From Candidatus Doudnabacteria bacterium (GTDB lineage Bacteria; Patescibacteriota; Doudnabacteria; UBA920; O2-02-FULL-48-8), in the NCBI GenBank assembly GCA_023246005.1, contig JAHFJG010000008.1, positions 1 through 54,408 on the forward strand: a stretch of 54,408 nucleotides of DNA. The letters are read 5' to 3'. The position numbers and the translations under genes are program-made. Under the pieces are notes generated by a model. The model was not told the DNA's origin. It did not search any database and saw only the letters and a program-made list of their open reading frames with translations. This document shows, piece after piece, positions 1 through 8,571 of this stretch. How positions within the stretch are numbered: position 1 is the first letter of the stretch; each line of letters starts with the position of its first letter.

Positions 1-2
1 CA

Positions 3-935
3 GTTGCTCCTGAACTTTCGCGTCGTTATCAAATCACAGCCAAAGGCACAAACACCAACACACAAGTTTTGGGAACAAATAACAGTTATCCGACTGTCAG
101 AAATTTAACAATTGATACAGGTTCCTTCATCACAGACCAGCAAGTCCAAAATTCATCGAAAGTTGCAGTACTCGGCCCCACGACTCGCGATGATTTATTT
201 GGCGTTGGTTCAGATGCCATTGGCCAGACCATTAAAATCAATTCCATAAATTTTAAAGTCATAGGAGTTGCCAAATCCAAGGGTGGCAGCGGATTTTTCA
301 ATCAAGACGATATAATTTTTATTCCAATTTCTGTGTCTCAACATTATTTGGTCGGACCCAATGCTCAGGGACAAGATTACGTGACTACAATTAGTATTTC
401 AGCTGCCAATCCAGATGTCATGACTTCTGTTCAGTCACAAGTGACTGACTTGCTCCTGCAAAGACATAAAATTAGCGATCCAACTCAAACAGATTTTCAA
501 GTCCAAAACCAAGCTGACATTGTATCCGCAGCTTCCAGTGTCACCAATACATTTACCATTCTTCTGGCTTCCATCGCTGGAATTTCTCTCTTAGTAGGCG
601 GAATCGGAATCATGAATATGATGCTGACCACCGTCACAGAACGGACTCGCGAAATTGGACTGCGAAAGGCCATCGGCGCCACGCGGCATGATATTAACTT
701 TCAATTTTTGACTGAAGCAGTCATGCTAACTTTTTTAGGCGGCACAATCGGCATCATTCTTGGCTGGTTTGTATCATTTTTAGCCACTCGCTTGGCAGGC
801 ATTGCCACGCAAGTTAGCTTATCATCAGTCATTCTGGCCTTTGGCGTGTCGGCCACGATTGGCGTTGTCTTTGGATATTATCCAGCCCTTAGAGCCTCAA
901 AACTTAATCCAATTGAGGCCTTAAGGTTTGAATAA
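3..935 (+). CDS. ABC transporter permease, MacB/FtsX family (5' truncated by window edge)
   Basis: Frame open from position 3; motifs GGIGIMNMML..VTERTREIGLRKAIGA and PALRASKLNPIEALRFE. Confidence 0.93.
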   Translation, partial: VAPELSRRYQITAKGTNTNTQVLGTNNSYPTVRNLTIDTGSFITDQQVQNSSKVAVLGPTTRDDLFGVGSDAIGQTIKINSINFKVIGVAKSKGGSGFFNQDDIIFIPISVSQHYLVGPNAQGQDYVTTISISAANPDVMTSVQSQVTDLLLQRHKISDPTQTDFQVQNQADIVSAASSVTNTFTILLASIAGISLLVGGIGIMNMMLTTVTERTREIGLRKAIGATRHDINFQFLTEAVMLTFLGGTIGIILGWFVSFLATRLAGIATQVSLSSVILAFGVSATIGVVFGYYPALRASKLNPIEALRFE

Positions 936-968
936 TTTATAATTAATAAATAATTAGAAAGGAGTAAC

Positions 969-1382
969 ATGGACAAGAAAAATATTATCATTGTTGTCGT
1001 GGTTGCATTAGTTGCCGGAGGACTTGGATTTTTCGGCGGTATGAAGTACGACCAATCCAAACGTGCATCAACCATTACCGCATTTCGAAATGGCGAGTTT
1101 GGTGGCCGCAACAACAACAGAGGCCAGAATGGCGGAGCCTTTGCCAATGGACAAATTATCGGCAAGGACGACAAAAGCGTTACAATTAAAATGCAGGATG
1201 GCAGTTCGAAGATTGTTTTCCTGGCCGACTCAACTCAAATTGGCAAATCCGTAACAGGAGCCGCGACTGATTTAACAACTGGCGAAAATGTTGTGGTCAA
1301 TGGCACAGCCAATTCTGACGGCAGCATTACCGCCCAGAATATCCAAATCAGACCAGCAATAACAAACCCGCCCGGACGATAA
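969..1382 (+). CDS. membrane-anchored hypothetical protein (DUF5666-like), ABC exporter-associated
   Basis: RBS AAGGAG upstream; N-terminal TM helix; OB-like VVVNGTANSDGSITAQNIQI. Confidence 0.7.
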   Translation: MDKKNIIIVVVVALVAGGLGFFGGMKYDQSKRASTITAFRNGEFGGRNNNRGQNGGAFANGQIIGKDDKSVTIKMQDGSSKIVFLADSTQIGKSVTGAATDLTTGENVVVNGTANSDGSITAQNIQIRPAITNPPGR

Positions 1383-1432
1383 CTTGTTTTTTCGACAAAA
1401 AACAGATAACATAAAACAGTTAACCTTGTTTT

Positions 1433-2041
1433 ATGTCATTGCTCCCGAAATCAATCCAAAATTTAATCAACGAATTTTCCAAACTCCCAGGCATTGGACC
1501 CAAATCCGCCCAACGCCTGACTTTTTATTTGCTCAAAAATCCCAATATCGATTTACAAGCTTTTGCCACAGCCGTGGCTAATCTTCAGAAAGATCTGATT
1601 TATTGCTCGATTTGCTTTAACATGGCCCAAACCAATCCCTGCAAAATCTGCGCTGATAACAAAAGAGATCACAAGCTGATTTGTGTGGTCGAAGATGCTC
1701 TTGACGTGGTCGCTATGGATCAAATTTCTGACTTCAATGGAGTCTATCACGTCTTAGGCGGTGTTATTTCGCCGCTTGATGGCGTTGGCCCTGAAAATCT
1801 CAAAATTGCCGAATTGCTTCAGAGAGTGGGAAAATTAAATTCAGCAGAAATAATTTTAGCCACAAACCCATCGCTTGAAGGCGAGGCCACAGCTATGTAC
1901 ATTGCAAGACAACTCAAACAACCCCAATTTAAGCATGTCAAAATCACGCGTCTGGCCAGGGGCTTACCCCAAGGCGCTGATTTGGAATACGCAGATGAGT
2001 TTACGCTAAGCAAAGCCCTCGAGGGACGGAGAGAATATTAA
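1433..2041 (+). CDS. recR: recombination mediator RecR
   Basis: LPGIGPKSAQRL HhH, CSICFN..CKIC zinc finger, TOPRIM EIILATNPSLEGEATA. Confidence 0.97.
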   Translation: MSLLPKSIQNLINEFSKLPGIGPKSAQRLTFYLLKNPNIDLQAFATAVANLQKDLIYCSICFNMAQTNPCKICADNKRDHKLICVVEDALDVVAMDQISDFNGVYHVLGGVISPLDGVGPENLKIAELLQRVGKLNSAEIILATNPSLEGEATAMYIARQLKQPQFKHVKITRLARGLPQGADLEYADEFTLSKALEGRREY

Positions 2042-2231
2042 TTATCAGCATCACCCAGAAGCCAATAATTATTCAAACGATGTTGTATCCAGTACCAAGG
2101 AAACGTCTTAAATACTTAACCCAACTAGAAGCTTTCAATGTTGCACTTGCAGATTGAATGTACCTGAAAATCATAAGGCACCAGCTTTCACTGGTATCTT
2201 GTTTGCTGGATTAGAATGTTAAAATTATTGC

Positions 2232-2489
2232 TCAACCGTATAATTCTGAATGCGTGCCGATATCTAGGAAAATGGCAACTTCCGCGTTTTCTCTAAATAT
2301 TGCCCGATAATCTCCTGTAACATTAATGCTTCGACAATTAGTATAAGCCTGATCAACGGAATGGTTATTTAGAATCGCATTAAACTTATTTGCTGCAAAC
2401 AACTCTGCCCTTTCATAAAACTGTTTTCTAATTTTTGGAGGTAATTTCTTAAAGTTCTTCTTAAAACTTTTATGCAATACTACTTCCAT
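2232..2489 (-). CDS. type II toxin, RelE/YafQ-family mRNA interferase
   Basis: 85 aa, SINVTGDYRAIF...DIGTHSELYG; follows the antitoxin-like ORF. Confidence 0.85.
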   Translation of the reverse strand: MEVVLHKSFKKNFKKLPPKIRKQFYERAELFAANKFNAILNNHSVDQAYTNCRSINVTGDYRAIFRENAEVAIFLDIGTHSELYG

Positions 2490-2490
2490 G

Positions 2491-2766
2491 CTATTTTTCT
2501 AAATATTTTTTCATTTCCGCAACAGTTTTAAAAGCTGGTGAAAGATTTCTATTTGCCTCGATATCCTTGATTGCAGCGTTAATTTCACGACGCGTTTTTG
2601 CGTTAAATTCTTCTCTTTCAACTATAGCAATATTAAGTTGGCCTTCCACAAAGGCCTTAGTAGCAAGTTTCAGAACCGAGGCAAAGGCAATGCCCTGATT
2701 TTGGGCTTTTTTCATAGCTTTGTCTTTGAGATTTTTATCGATTTTAAAAATAACTTGAGTAGTCAT
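2491..2766 (-). CDS. type II antitoxin, RelB/DinJ-like ribbon-helix-helix protein
   Basis: TQVIFKIDKNLKDKA RHH-like N-terminus; C-terminal SPAFKTVAEMKKYL; 1 nt upstream of toxin. Confidence 0.78.
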   Translation of the reverse strand: MTTQVIFKIDKNLKDKAMKKAQNQGIAFASVLKLATKAFVEGQLNIAIVEREEFNAKTRREINAAIKDIEANRNLSPAFKTVAEMKKYLEK

Positions 2767-2801
2767 ACGTTTGTGGACATTTAATAATAATTACCATATA
2801 T

Positions 2802-2830
2802 ATAATATATAACTTAAAACTATATGTCAA
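2802..2830 (-). promoter_or_regulatory. sigma70 promoter of the TA operon
   Basis: TTGACA-N17-TATTAT on minus strand. Confidence 0.7.
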
Positions 2831-2850
2831 AAGAGCCCAATCGGGCTCTT
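2829..2850 (-). terminator. intrinsic terminator of rplU
   Basis: AAGAGCCC-gatt-GGGCTCTT followed by T-tract. Confidence 0.7.
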
Positions 2851-3157
2851 AACTGATAGTTTCTATTTCCACAACTGTCTCTGCTTGTCTATGGCCTTGC
2901 TTTCTTCGATAACGAGACTTAGCACGGTATTTGAAAACAACCAGTTTCTCGCCTCTTTGCTGGACTAAAACTTTTCCTGTGACTTTAGATCCTGAAACAT
3001 AAGGCTTACCTAGACTAATGTTATGCTCATCAGTCACAAGCAAAACTTTATCAAAAGTTACAGTGTCGCCAGCATTGGCCGCTAGCTTTTCGATTATGAG
3101 TTTGTCTTTCGGGGCAACTAAGTACTGCTTGCCGCCGGTTTCAATCACTGCTTGCAT
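2849..3157 (-). CDS. rplU: 50S ribosomal protein L21
   Basis: AVIETGGKQY...YRRKQGHRQ. Confidence 0.97.
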   Translation of the reverse strand: MQAVIETGGKQYLVAPKDKLIIEKLAANAGDTVTFDKVLLVTDEHNISLGKPYVSGSKVTGKVLVQQRGEKLVVFKYRAKSRYRRKQGHRQAETVVEIETIS

Positions 3158-3164
3158 GAAAATA

Positions 3165-3193
3165 AGTTTAACAAAAATTAATTATTTGGTCAA
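3165..3193 (-). promoter_or_regulatory. sigma70 promoter of rplU (probably leaderless)
   Basis: TTGACC-N17-TAAACT, ATG 7 nt downstream. Confidence 0.65.
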
Positions 3194-3340
3194 CCCCGTA
3201 TATCAACATCGATAATGGTTTTTAATTGCTTTTGCTTATAACCTTTGTTATTTATTATTGTTTAACGTTAATTAGTAAATTAAAAAATTTAGTTAGAAAA
3301 ACCATTTAAAAGGCAAAAGCATCGATGTTGTATTACGGGG
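3194..3340. mobile_element. 147-bp MITE-like inverted-repeat element with pseudoknot-like core (copy 1)
   Basis: Ends CCCCGTA-TAT-CAACATCGAT / ATCGATGTTG-TAT-TACGGGG; flanked by TCAA at 3190-3193 and 3341-3344; homolog at 35391-35537. Confidence 0.7.
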
Positions 3341-3785
3341 TCAACATCACGCTATCTCCAACCTTAATTTTATTCTTCTCACTCCAGCCGGCGTTAACTT
3401 CGACAACGCTATCAATGTCTTCATTAGGCACATAAGTTTGCAGAGGCAAAACCGGCACATTCGGCGTAATTTCAACAACCTTGGCGTTTCGAACCCAAAT
3501 AAAATCCAGTGGAAATTTCATATCTTTCATCCAAAAACCATACTTGTCTGGATTTGAAAAGACAAATAGCATAGCATCATTTTCCGCCAATGAATCGCGG
3601 CCAGACAACCCTTGTGTCCGCGCTGCCTGGGTGTCTGCAACTTGGATATTTAAAACATGTCCACCGATGATTAGGGTATTTTTCTTATTGCAAGCCGCAG
3701 CAAAAAAGGTTAAAGATAACAAAACTAAAAGAATCTTATAATTCCTTATTCCTAATTCTTTATTCCTAATTCCTATATTATTCAT
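3333..3785 (-). CDS. DUF192-family lipoprotein
   Basis: QGLSGRDSL..AMLFVF..FWMKDMKFPLDFIW..VVEVNAG; lipobox FAAAC; start taken at ATG 3785. Confidence 0.85.
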   Translation of the reverse strand: MNNIGIRNKELGIRNYKILLVLLSLTFFAAACNKKNTLIIGGHVLNIQVADTQAARTQGLSGRDSLAENDAMLFVFSNPDKYGFWMKDMKFPLDFIWVRNAKVVEITPNVPVLPLQTYVPNEDIDSVVEVNAGWSEKNKIKVGDSVMLTP

Positions 3786-3790
3786 AATTC
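3735..3790. repeat. degenerate heptamer tandem array (ATTCCTA/ATTCCTT)
   Basis: 7-bp periodic repeat encoding NNIGIRNKELGIRNYK. Confidence 0.7.
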
Positions 3791-4824
3791 TTTTTTTCTT
3801 TATATGCTGAAAAAATTGATGCAAAAATCGCCAGCATGACTAAAAACAAAATGACTAGCGCAAATAATTTGCCTCGGGATTGCAAAAACAATGCTGACAC
3901 GCCAAAAATACCGGTTAAAACATATAAAAATATGACAGCTTGGGGTTGACTAAATCCAATTTCAAGCAATTTGAAATGCAAATGCTTGCGATCCCCGCCA
4001 AACGGTGATTGCCGTCGAGCCAGCCTTAGTCCAACCACCCAAATCATATCAAGCAAGGGAATTCCCATAATCAAAAGAGTGGTTGCGATTTTTCCCCCGG
4101 AAACAATGGACAGCACTGCCAGCATGAAGCCGGCCAGAGTCGAGCCGCCCTCGCCCAAATAAATTTTGGCCGGGTAAAAATTCAAAATCAGAAATCCCAG
4201 CAGGCTTCCGGCAAACGTAATGGCCAAAAACGCAGTTTGCGGTTGAGCAACTTGAGGAGTCAGAGATAAACCAAACAAAACCAAAGCGCCGATCACGGAA
4301 ATACCGGTAACTAATCCATCCATGCCATCCAACAACTTAGTCGTATATGTCATGGTCATAGTCCAGGCAAAAACTATTACACCGGAAATCAAAGGAGTTA
4401 ACAAAATCACAGAATTATTCAGAGGATTATGAATGCTCACAGCGCTAACTCCAGACGTCACAAGGACTAGACTTGCCATGGTCGGAAAAATAATAGAATA
4501 TTTGGCAGGCAGTCGATAGCGATCGTCAAGGTACCCTCCAATCATGAGAATCATGCCGCCAATCCAAATTCCCAATAAAACCTTAATGGGGATATTGCCT
4601 GTAAGCAAATAGCCGCCAAGGAGCCCTAAGCCAAAACTGACCAAAAAGAAGCTGGCGAAAATCGCGATTCCGCCAAGTGTCGGTGTGGCTTGTTTATGGA
4701 ATCGCCTCTCATCATCCGGCAGATCCAGAATCTTTCGCTTAACAGCAATTCTCGAAACTATAAAGGTTCCGACAAATGAAATGACAAAGGCTAGTGTAAA
4801 TGAGGCAAAATAAATCAAACGCAT
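3778..4824 (-). CDS. undecaprenyl-phosphate GlcNAc-1-phosphate transferase (WecA/TagO, MraY family)
   Basis: TPTLGGIAIF, GYLDDRY, DGMDGL, NFYPAKIYLG, DRKHLH. Confidence 0.9.
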   Translation of the reverse strand: MRLIYFASFTLAFVISFVGTFIVSRIAVKRKILDLPDDERRFHKQATPTLGGIAIFASFFLVSFGLGLLGGYLLTGNIPIKVLLGIWIGGMILMIGGYLDDRYRLPAKYSIIFPTMASLVLVTSGVSAVSIHNPLNNSVILLTPLISGVIVFAWTMTMTYTTKLLDGMDGLVTGISVIGALVLFGLSLTPQVAQPQTAFLAITFAGSLLGFLILNFYPAKIYLGEGGSTLAGFMLAVLSIVSGGKIATTLLIMGIPLLDMIWVVGLRLARRQSPFGGDRKHLHFKLLEIGFSQPQAVIFLYVLTGIFGVSALFLQSRGKLFALVILFLVMLAIFASIFSAYKEKKNYE

Positions 4825-4830
4825 AACTTT

Positions 4831-6477
4831 CTAATTTCTTATTACTGCGGGTTCCGAAAGTTCAACGGCGTGCTTGCGAATTTTCGGTGTGACATAAAAC
4901 TCCATATATTTGCCCAGCATCATACGGGTTTGCGCATCAATCGCAGGAAAAGATCCAAACACGCTCGACACAATTGGAGAAAAAATCCACTGCCAAACCA
5001 TAGAAAAAGATTTCCAGCGGCTGTATTCTTTTGGCCGAGGCGGCAGCAAGACAATATTGACATACATGGAAAAAATTAGGAAAAAAGTCGCAATGCTCAT
5101 TATAGCCTTAGTCAACACGGGTAAATTAAGGGCCAAAACCGTGGCGCCAAATCTAGCACCTCCAAAAACTAATGGCAGCCAACCTAAAACTGCAATCATG
5201 ATTGAAGCGGTGGCCCAAAAATAATGTCCTTCGAATAATCTTTCTCCCCAAACAAATTTTTTCCAGAACGGAATTTTTTTATTTTTGATAAGTTCCGGAA
5301 TAACCATAGGAATTTCCGTACATCCCCACGCCCACCGCCGCTTCTGTTTGTATTGGGCGACTAAAGTGCCGAGGTAACTGCTGCCTAGCACGGCATCCAT
5401 TGAAACGGGACTGTATAAAGGCTTGCTTCGATAATCTCCGTTAAAGTAAAGAAAACACTGCCAAAAAATGTGGGAATCATCTGGGATAATATCCGTTCGC
5501 CAAAAATTCACATCCACTAAAGTTTTAAAACTCATGGCATGAGAAGAAAACGTAATCAGCCGATCTGGCCTGGAAGCCTCGACTAATTGCCAAAAAGACG
5601 ATGAAATGGCAATAACCCTGGCCACAGCCGGTGTATCCCAAATATTATTGTGATACATAGGCATTGGCTGATAGCTTGATTGCAATGGTTTTTTGGCAGT
5701 CAGAAAATCGTAAGCCAGATGAGCAAAATAATTTGAAGCAACTGTGGTGTCAGAATCAAAGGCCGATATAATCACATTTTCATATGGAATCTGAAGCTCG
5801 TCTAAAAACTTTTGCGCCTGATGCGCGGCAAAGGTAAGATTGGCGCCTTTCACCTTTGCTTCCCCCTCGATTCCGTCTGGATGCACAGAAACTATAAATT
5901 TTAAAAACTTACTGCTGTATTTTTCATAAAGCAATCGGGCATTCTGCTGGGCAACTTCTCCGCCACGTTCTTCTGCGGCCAGCATGAAAATGATTTTGGA
6001 ATGATCATAATTCGCGCTGGCGCAAGATGAAACTGAACTTTCCAAAACTTCCAAACTTTCCTTGACTGTAGTTAAAATGATAATATGATATAATTTCCGC
6101 CAGTCAAAATTTCTATCTTTCGGAAGACTCAAGAGATTATCAAGCTGCCGTTTATATAACCGTCCAAAATTTTTGTTCGGCTGATTTACAAGCAATCCAG
6201 ACAAATAATTTATAAACTCGTCGGGTTGTTTCAGTTTCTCAAGCCACAAGGACCAATCAATTTGATTGTGCATTTTCAGCTCAAAGTACGAATACATCAA
6301 ATGAATGGCGACATTGCCGCCTTTCAAAAACCAATATAGATCAAACAGAATAATATAAATGGAAATCCAGACTGGGTGAAAATATGCCAAAAACGGCGAG
6401 CCGAGTAGCGTCGCCCATGTAAGCGTGCCTGGAAAAATTTCCAGAAATCTGACAAAAAAAGTTTTGTTAGCTTTCAT
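4831..6477 (-). CDS. membrane glycosyltransferase, GT2 family
   Basis: FDSDT DxD motif, PDD, QKRRWAWG (QxxRW), several TM helices. Confidence 0.85.
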   Translation of the reverse strand: MKANKTFFVRFLEIFPGTLTWATLLGSPFLAYFHPVWISIYIILFDLYWFLKGGNVAIHLMYSYFELKMHNQIDWSLWLEKLKQPDEFINYLSGLLVNQPNKNFGRLYKRQLDNLLSLPKDRNFDWRKLYHIIILTTVKESLEVLESSVSSCASANYDHSKIIFMLAAEERGGEVAQQNARLLYEKYSSKFLKFIVSVHPDGIEGEAKVKGANLTFAAHQAQKFLDELQIPYENVIISAFDSDTTVASNYFAHLAYDFLTAKKPLQSSYQPMPMYHNNIWDTPAVARVIAISSSFWQLVEASRPDRLITFSSHAMSFKTLVDVNFWRTDIIPDDSHIFWQCFLYFNGDYRSKPLYSPVSMDAVLGSSYLGTLVAQYKQKRRWAWGCTEIPMVIPELIKNKKIPFWKKFVWGERLFEGHYFWATASIMIAVLGWLPLVFGGARFGATVLALNLPVLTKAIMSIATFFLIFSMYVNIVLLPPRPKEYSRWKSFSMVWQWIFSPIVSSVFGSFPAIDAQTRMMLGKYMEFYVTPKIRKHAVELSEPAVIRN

Positions 6478-6847
6478 TCGCGATGATTAAAACAAGACTG
6501 GCCGCCAAAAAAATTAATTGGATTGCGACAGAAGCAATGTTTAAAAAATAAGATGCCAACTTTTCTTTTTTGTAAAAAAAACTAGCTACTAAAGCATTAA
6601 TCAAAAGCAAAATCAAAGCGACAAAAGGGATCAAATATATATACGTGCTTTTGCCCACAAGATCAGAGCCATAGACAACATTATAATGCAAAAGAATATA
6701 TCTATTTCCCGGCTTAATCTTGATGTATAATATTACCCAATGTATAATATTTATAAGCAAACAAATCCCCAAACTAACGGAGTTTAGCGGATCCGCAACA
6801 AACGACTTTTTTGAGGACAAAACCTCATTTAGTTTCGTGATAAACAT
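6467..6847 (-). CDS. hypothetical membrane protein
   Basis: Three TM segments, LHYNVVYG motif; start 6847 lies 7 nt after TTGAAA-N17-TATAAT. Confidence 0.7.
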   Translation of the reverse strand: MFITKLNEVLSSKKSFVADPLNSVSLGICLLINIIHWVILYIKIKPGNRYILLHYNVVYGSDLVGKSTYIYLIPFVALILLLINALVASFFYKKEKLASYFLNIASVAIQLIFLAASLVLIIANES

Positions 6848-6953
6848 TGGGCTTATTATACCTTTTTTGACACAAATTTTCAACCATGAAATTTTACCCC
6901 CACACCAAAGTTTTTTACAACAATTATATGATATTGAATCAATTTTGTTACTT

Positions 6954-8564
6954 ATGAATGAACGAAAAAATTCTAAATCCAGTTTGGTGTGGGGGTTAAT
7001 TAAATCCAACTGGGCGCTGCTTGTAATTTTAGCCCTCGCGCTTTTTTTTCGGTTCTGGCAAATCAATCATCTGCCGGGCGGATTGTTTCCGGATGAAGCG
7101 GCCAACGGACTGGATGTCAATTCGATTTTTCGTGGCCATATCCAGCCTTTTTTTGAGCGCGGCAATGGCCGGGAAGCCCTGTTTTTCTATTTTGAAGCGT
7201 TATCAGTTTTATTTTTTGGACGCGGTGTTTGGCAATTCCACATTGTTTCGGCTGCTTTTGGTTTTGCGTCAGTGGTTGCAATATACTTTTTGGCCAAACG
7301 GATGTTCGGCAAGCGAACTGCCTTGTTGGCCTCGTTCTTCCTGGCTGTCTCAAGTTACGCTGTCACAGTCACCAGAACGGCTTTTCGGGCCACCACCGTG
7401 CCGCTGATTTCAACCTTGACGATTTTCTTTTTAGTTAAATTTTTTCAGGCCAAGGATACCAAATCCAAATATTGGTCAGCAGCGTTAGCAGGATTATTCT
7501 TTGGTTTAGGTTTTTATACTTACACTTCCTTCCGCATGATGCTGCCATTAGTAGTCGGATTTTTGTTTTTGTTATTTTTAGGATTCCGAAACCAATGGAA
7601 AGAACTGTTCCGGCAGTATTCTAAATATAAGTTAGTTTTTGCCGCCGCATTTTTAATCACAATTTCCTGGATTACAATTTATTTCATCCATCACCCAAAG
7701 AGTTTTGTCGGCCGCGCTGGTCAAATTTCTGTTTTTAGCAAGGATTTGAATCATGGCGATTTGATCGGTACTGTAGTTGATGTTTTCAAAAAAACTATTT
7801 TGAGCTTTTTTACGCAAGGTGATCTTAATTGGCGCCAGAATGTTTCTGGTTTTCCCTTCCTTTCCCCATTCATCAGCGTGTTTTTTGCCCTAGCCCTGAT
7901 TACGTTTACGATTGGAATATTTCGCCTCCTCAAGCAAATTTGGCAACAAAACATTGAAGAAAAAACTTTTTATCAAGCCTTGGTTGGCTGCTGGTTTTGG
8001 TTTATGCTGGTGCCGGAAATCACAACGGCCGAAGGAATTCCCCATGGCTTACGGCTGACTGGCGTGATTGCTCCTATGTTTATTCTGACAGCCTGGGGAG
8101 TTAATTGGCTTTGGGAAAAAATGCCGCATCATCCGCATATTAAATTCGAAAAATTGCTTTTCGCCACAATATTTTTCTCTGCCATAGTTGTTTATAATTT
8201 CGCACTTTACTTTGGCGTGGCTGCCTCCTCGGCTGAAAATTATTACGCATTTCGATCGGACCTGACTGATGTCAGTAATTACTTAAATCAGCGAAATTTG
8301 AAAGATCGGACTTATCTTTCGCTTGATAAATTTTCTGTTCAAACAACTGAGTACCTGACCACTGATACTAACCAGCCGTATATCTTGGTAGATCCTGCGC
8401 ACACTTATGAAGTTAAACTTAAAAAAACCGATCAGGTGATATTTACTGAAAGCACGCTATTTGATCGTGAAAAATTTCTGCAATACCATCCAACAGCAAA
8501 GCTTGTCCGCGTAGACCGCAATCAATTCGGACAAATTATTATGTTAGTTTACGAGCAGCCGTGA
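6954..8564 (+). CDS. GT-C fold glycosyltransferase (ArnT/PMT, family 39-like)
   Basis: LFPDEA motif after TM1; polytopic; GLGFYTY. Confidence 0.85.
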   Translation: MNERKNSKSSLVWGLIKSNWALLVILALALFFRFWQINHLPGGLFPDEAANGLDVNSIFRGHIQPFFERGNGREALFFYFEALSVLFFGRGVWQFHIVSAAFGFASVVAIYFLAKRMFGKRTALLASFFLAVSSYAVTVTRTAFRATTVPLISTLTIFFLVKFFQAKDTKSKYWSAALAGLFFGLGFYTYTSFRMMLPLVVGFLFLLFLGFRNQWKELFRQYSKYKLVFAAAFLITISWITIYFIHHPKSFVGRAGQISVFSKDLNHGDLIGTVVDVFKKTILSFFTQGDLNWRQNVSGFPFLSPFISVFFALALITFTIGIFRLLKQIWQQNIEEKTFYQALVGCWFWFMLVPEITTAEGIPHGLRLTGVIAPMFILTAWGVNWLWEKMPHHPHIKFEKLLFATIFFSAIVVYNFALYFGVAASSAENYYAFRSDLTDVSNYLNQRNLKDRTYLSLDKFSVQTTEYLTTDTNQPYILVDPAHTYEVKLKKTDQVIFTESTLFDREKFLQYHPTAKLVRVDRNQFGQIIMLVYEQP

Positions 8565-8571
8565 ATTCCGG

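Noticed and set aside
2232..2766. TA module as part of the repeat-flanked cassette family
   Set aside because: No matching palindromic repeat found on both sides; ordinary RelBE-type pair
3194..3340. Ribosomal protein leader for rplU
   Set aside because: Lies upstream of the predicted rplU promoter, and a homolog occurs away from any ribosomal gene
3194..3340. Integron attC site
   Set aside because: CAAC...GTTG ends are suggestive but do not fit RYYYAAC/GTTRRRY, there is no array or integrase, and the 4-bp duplication fits insertion better
6720..7066. Long overlap of ORFs 6467-7066 and 6720-8564
   Set aside because: Artefact of upstream alternative starts; starts at 6847 and 6954 leave a normal divergent gap
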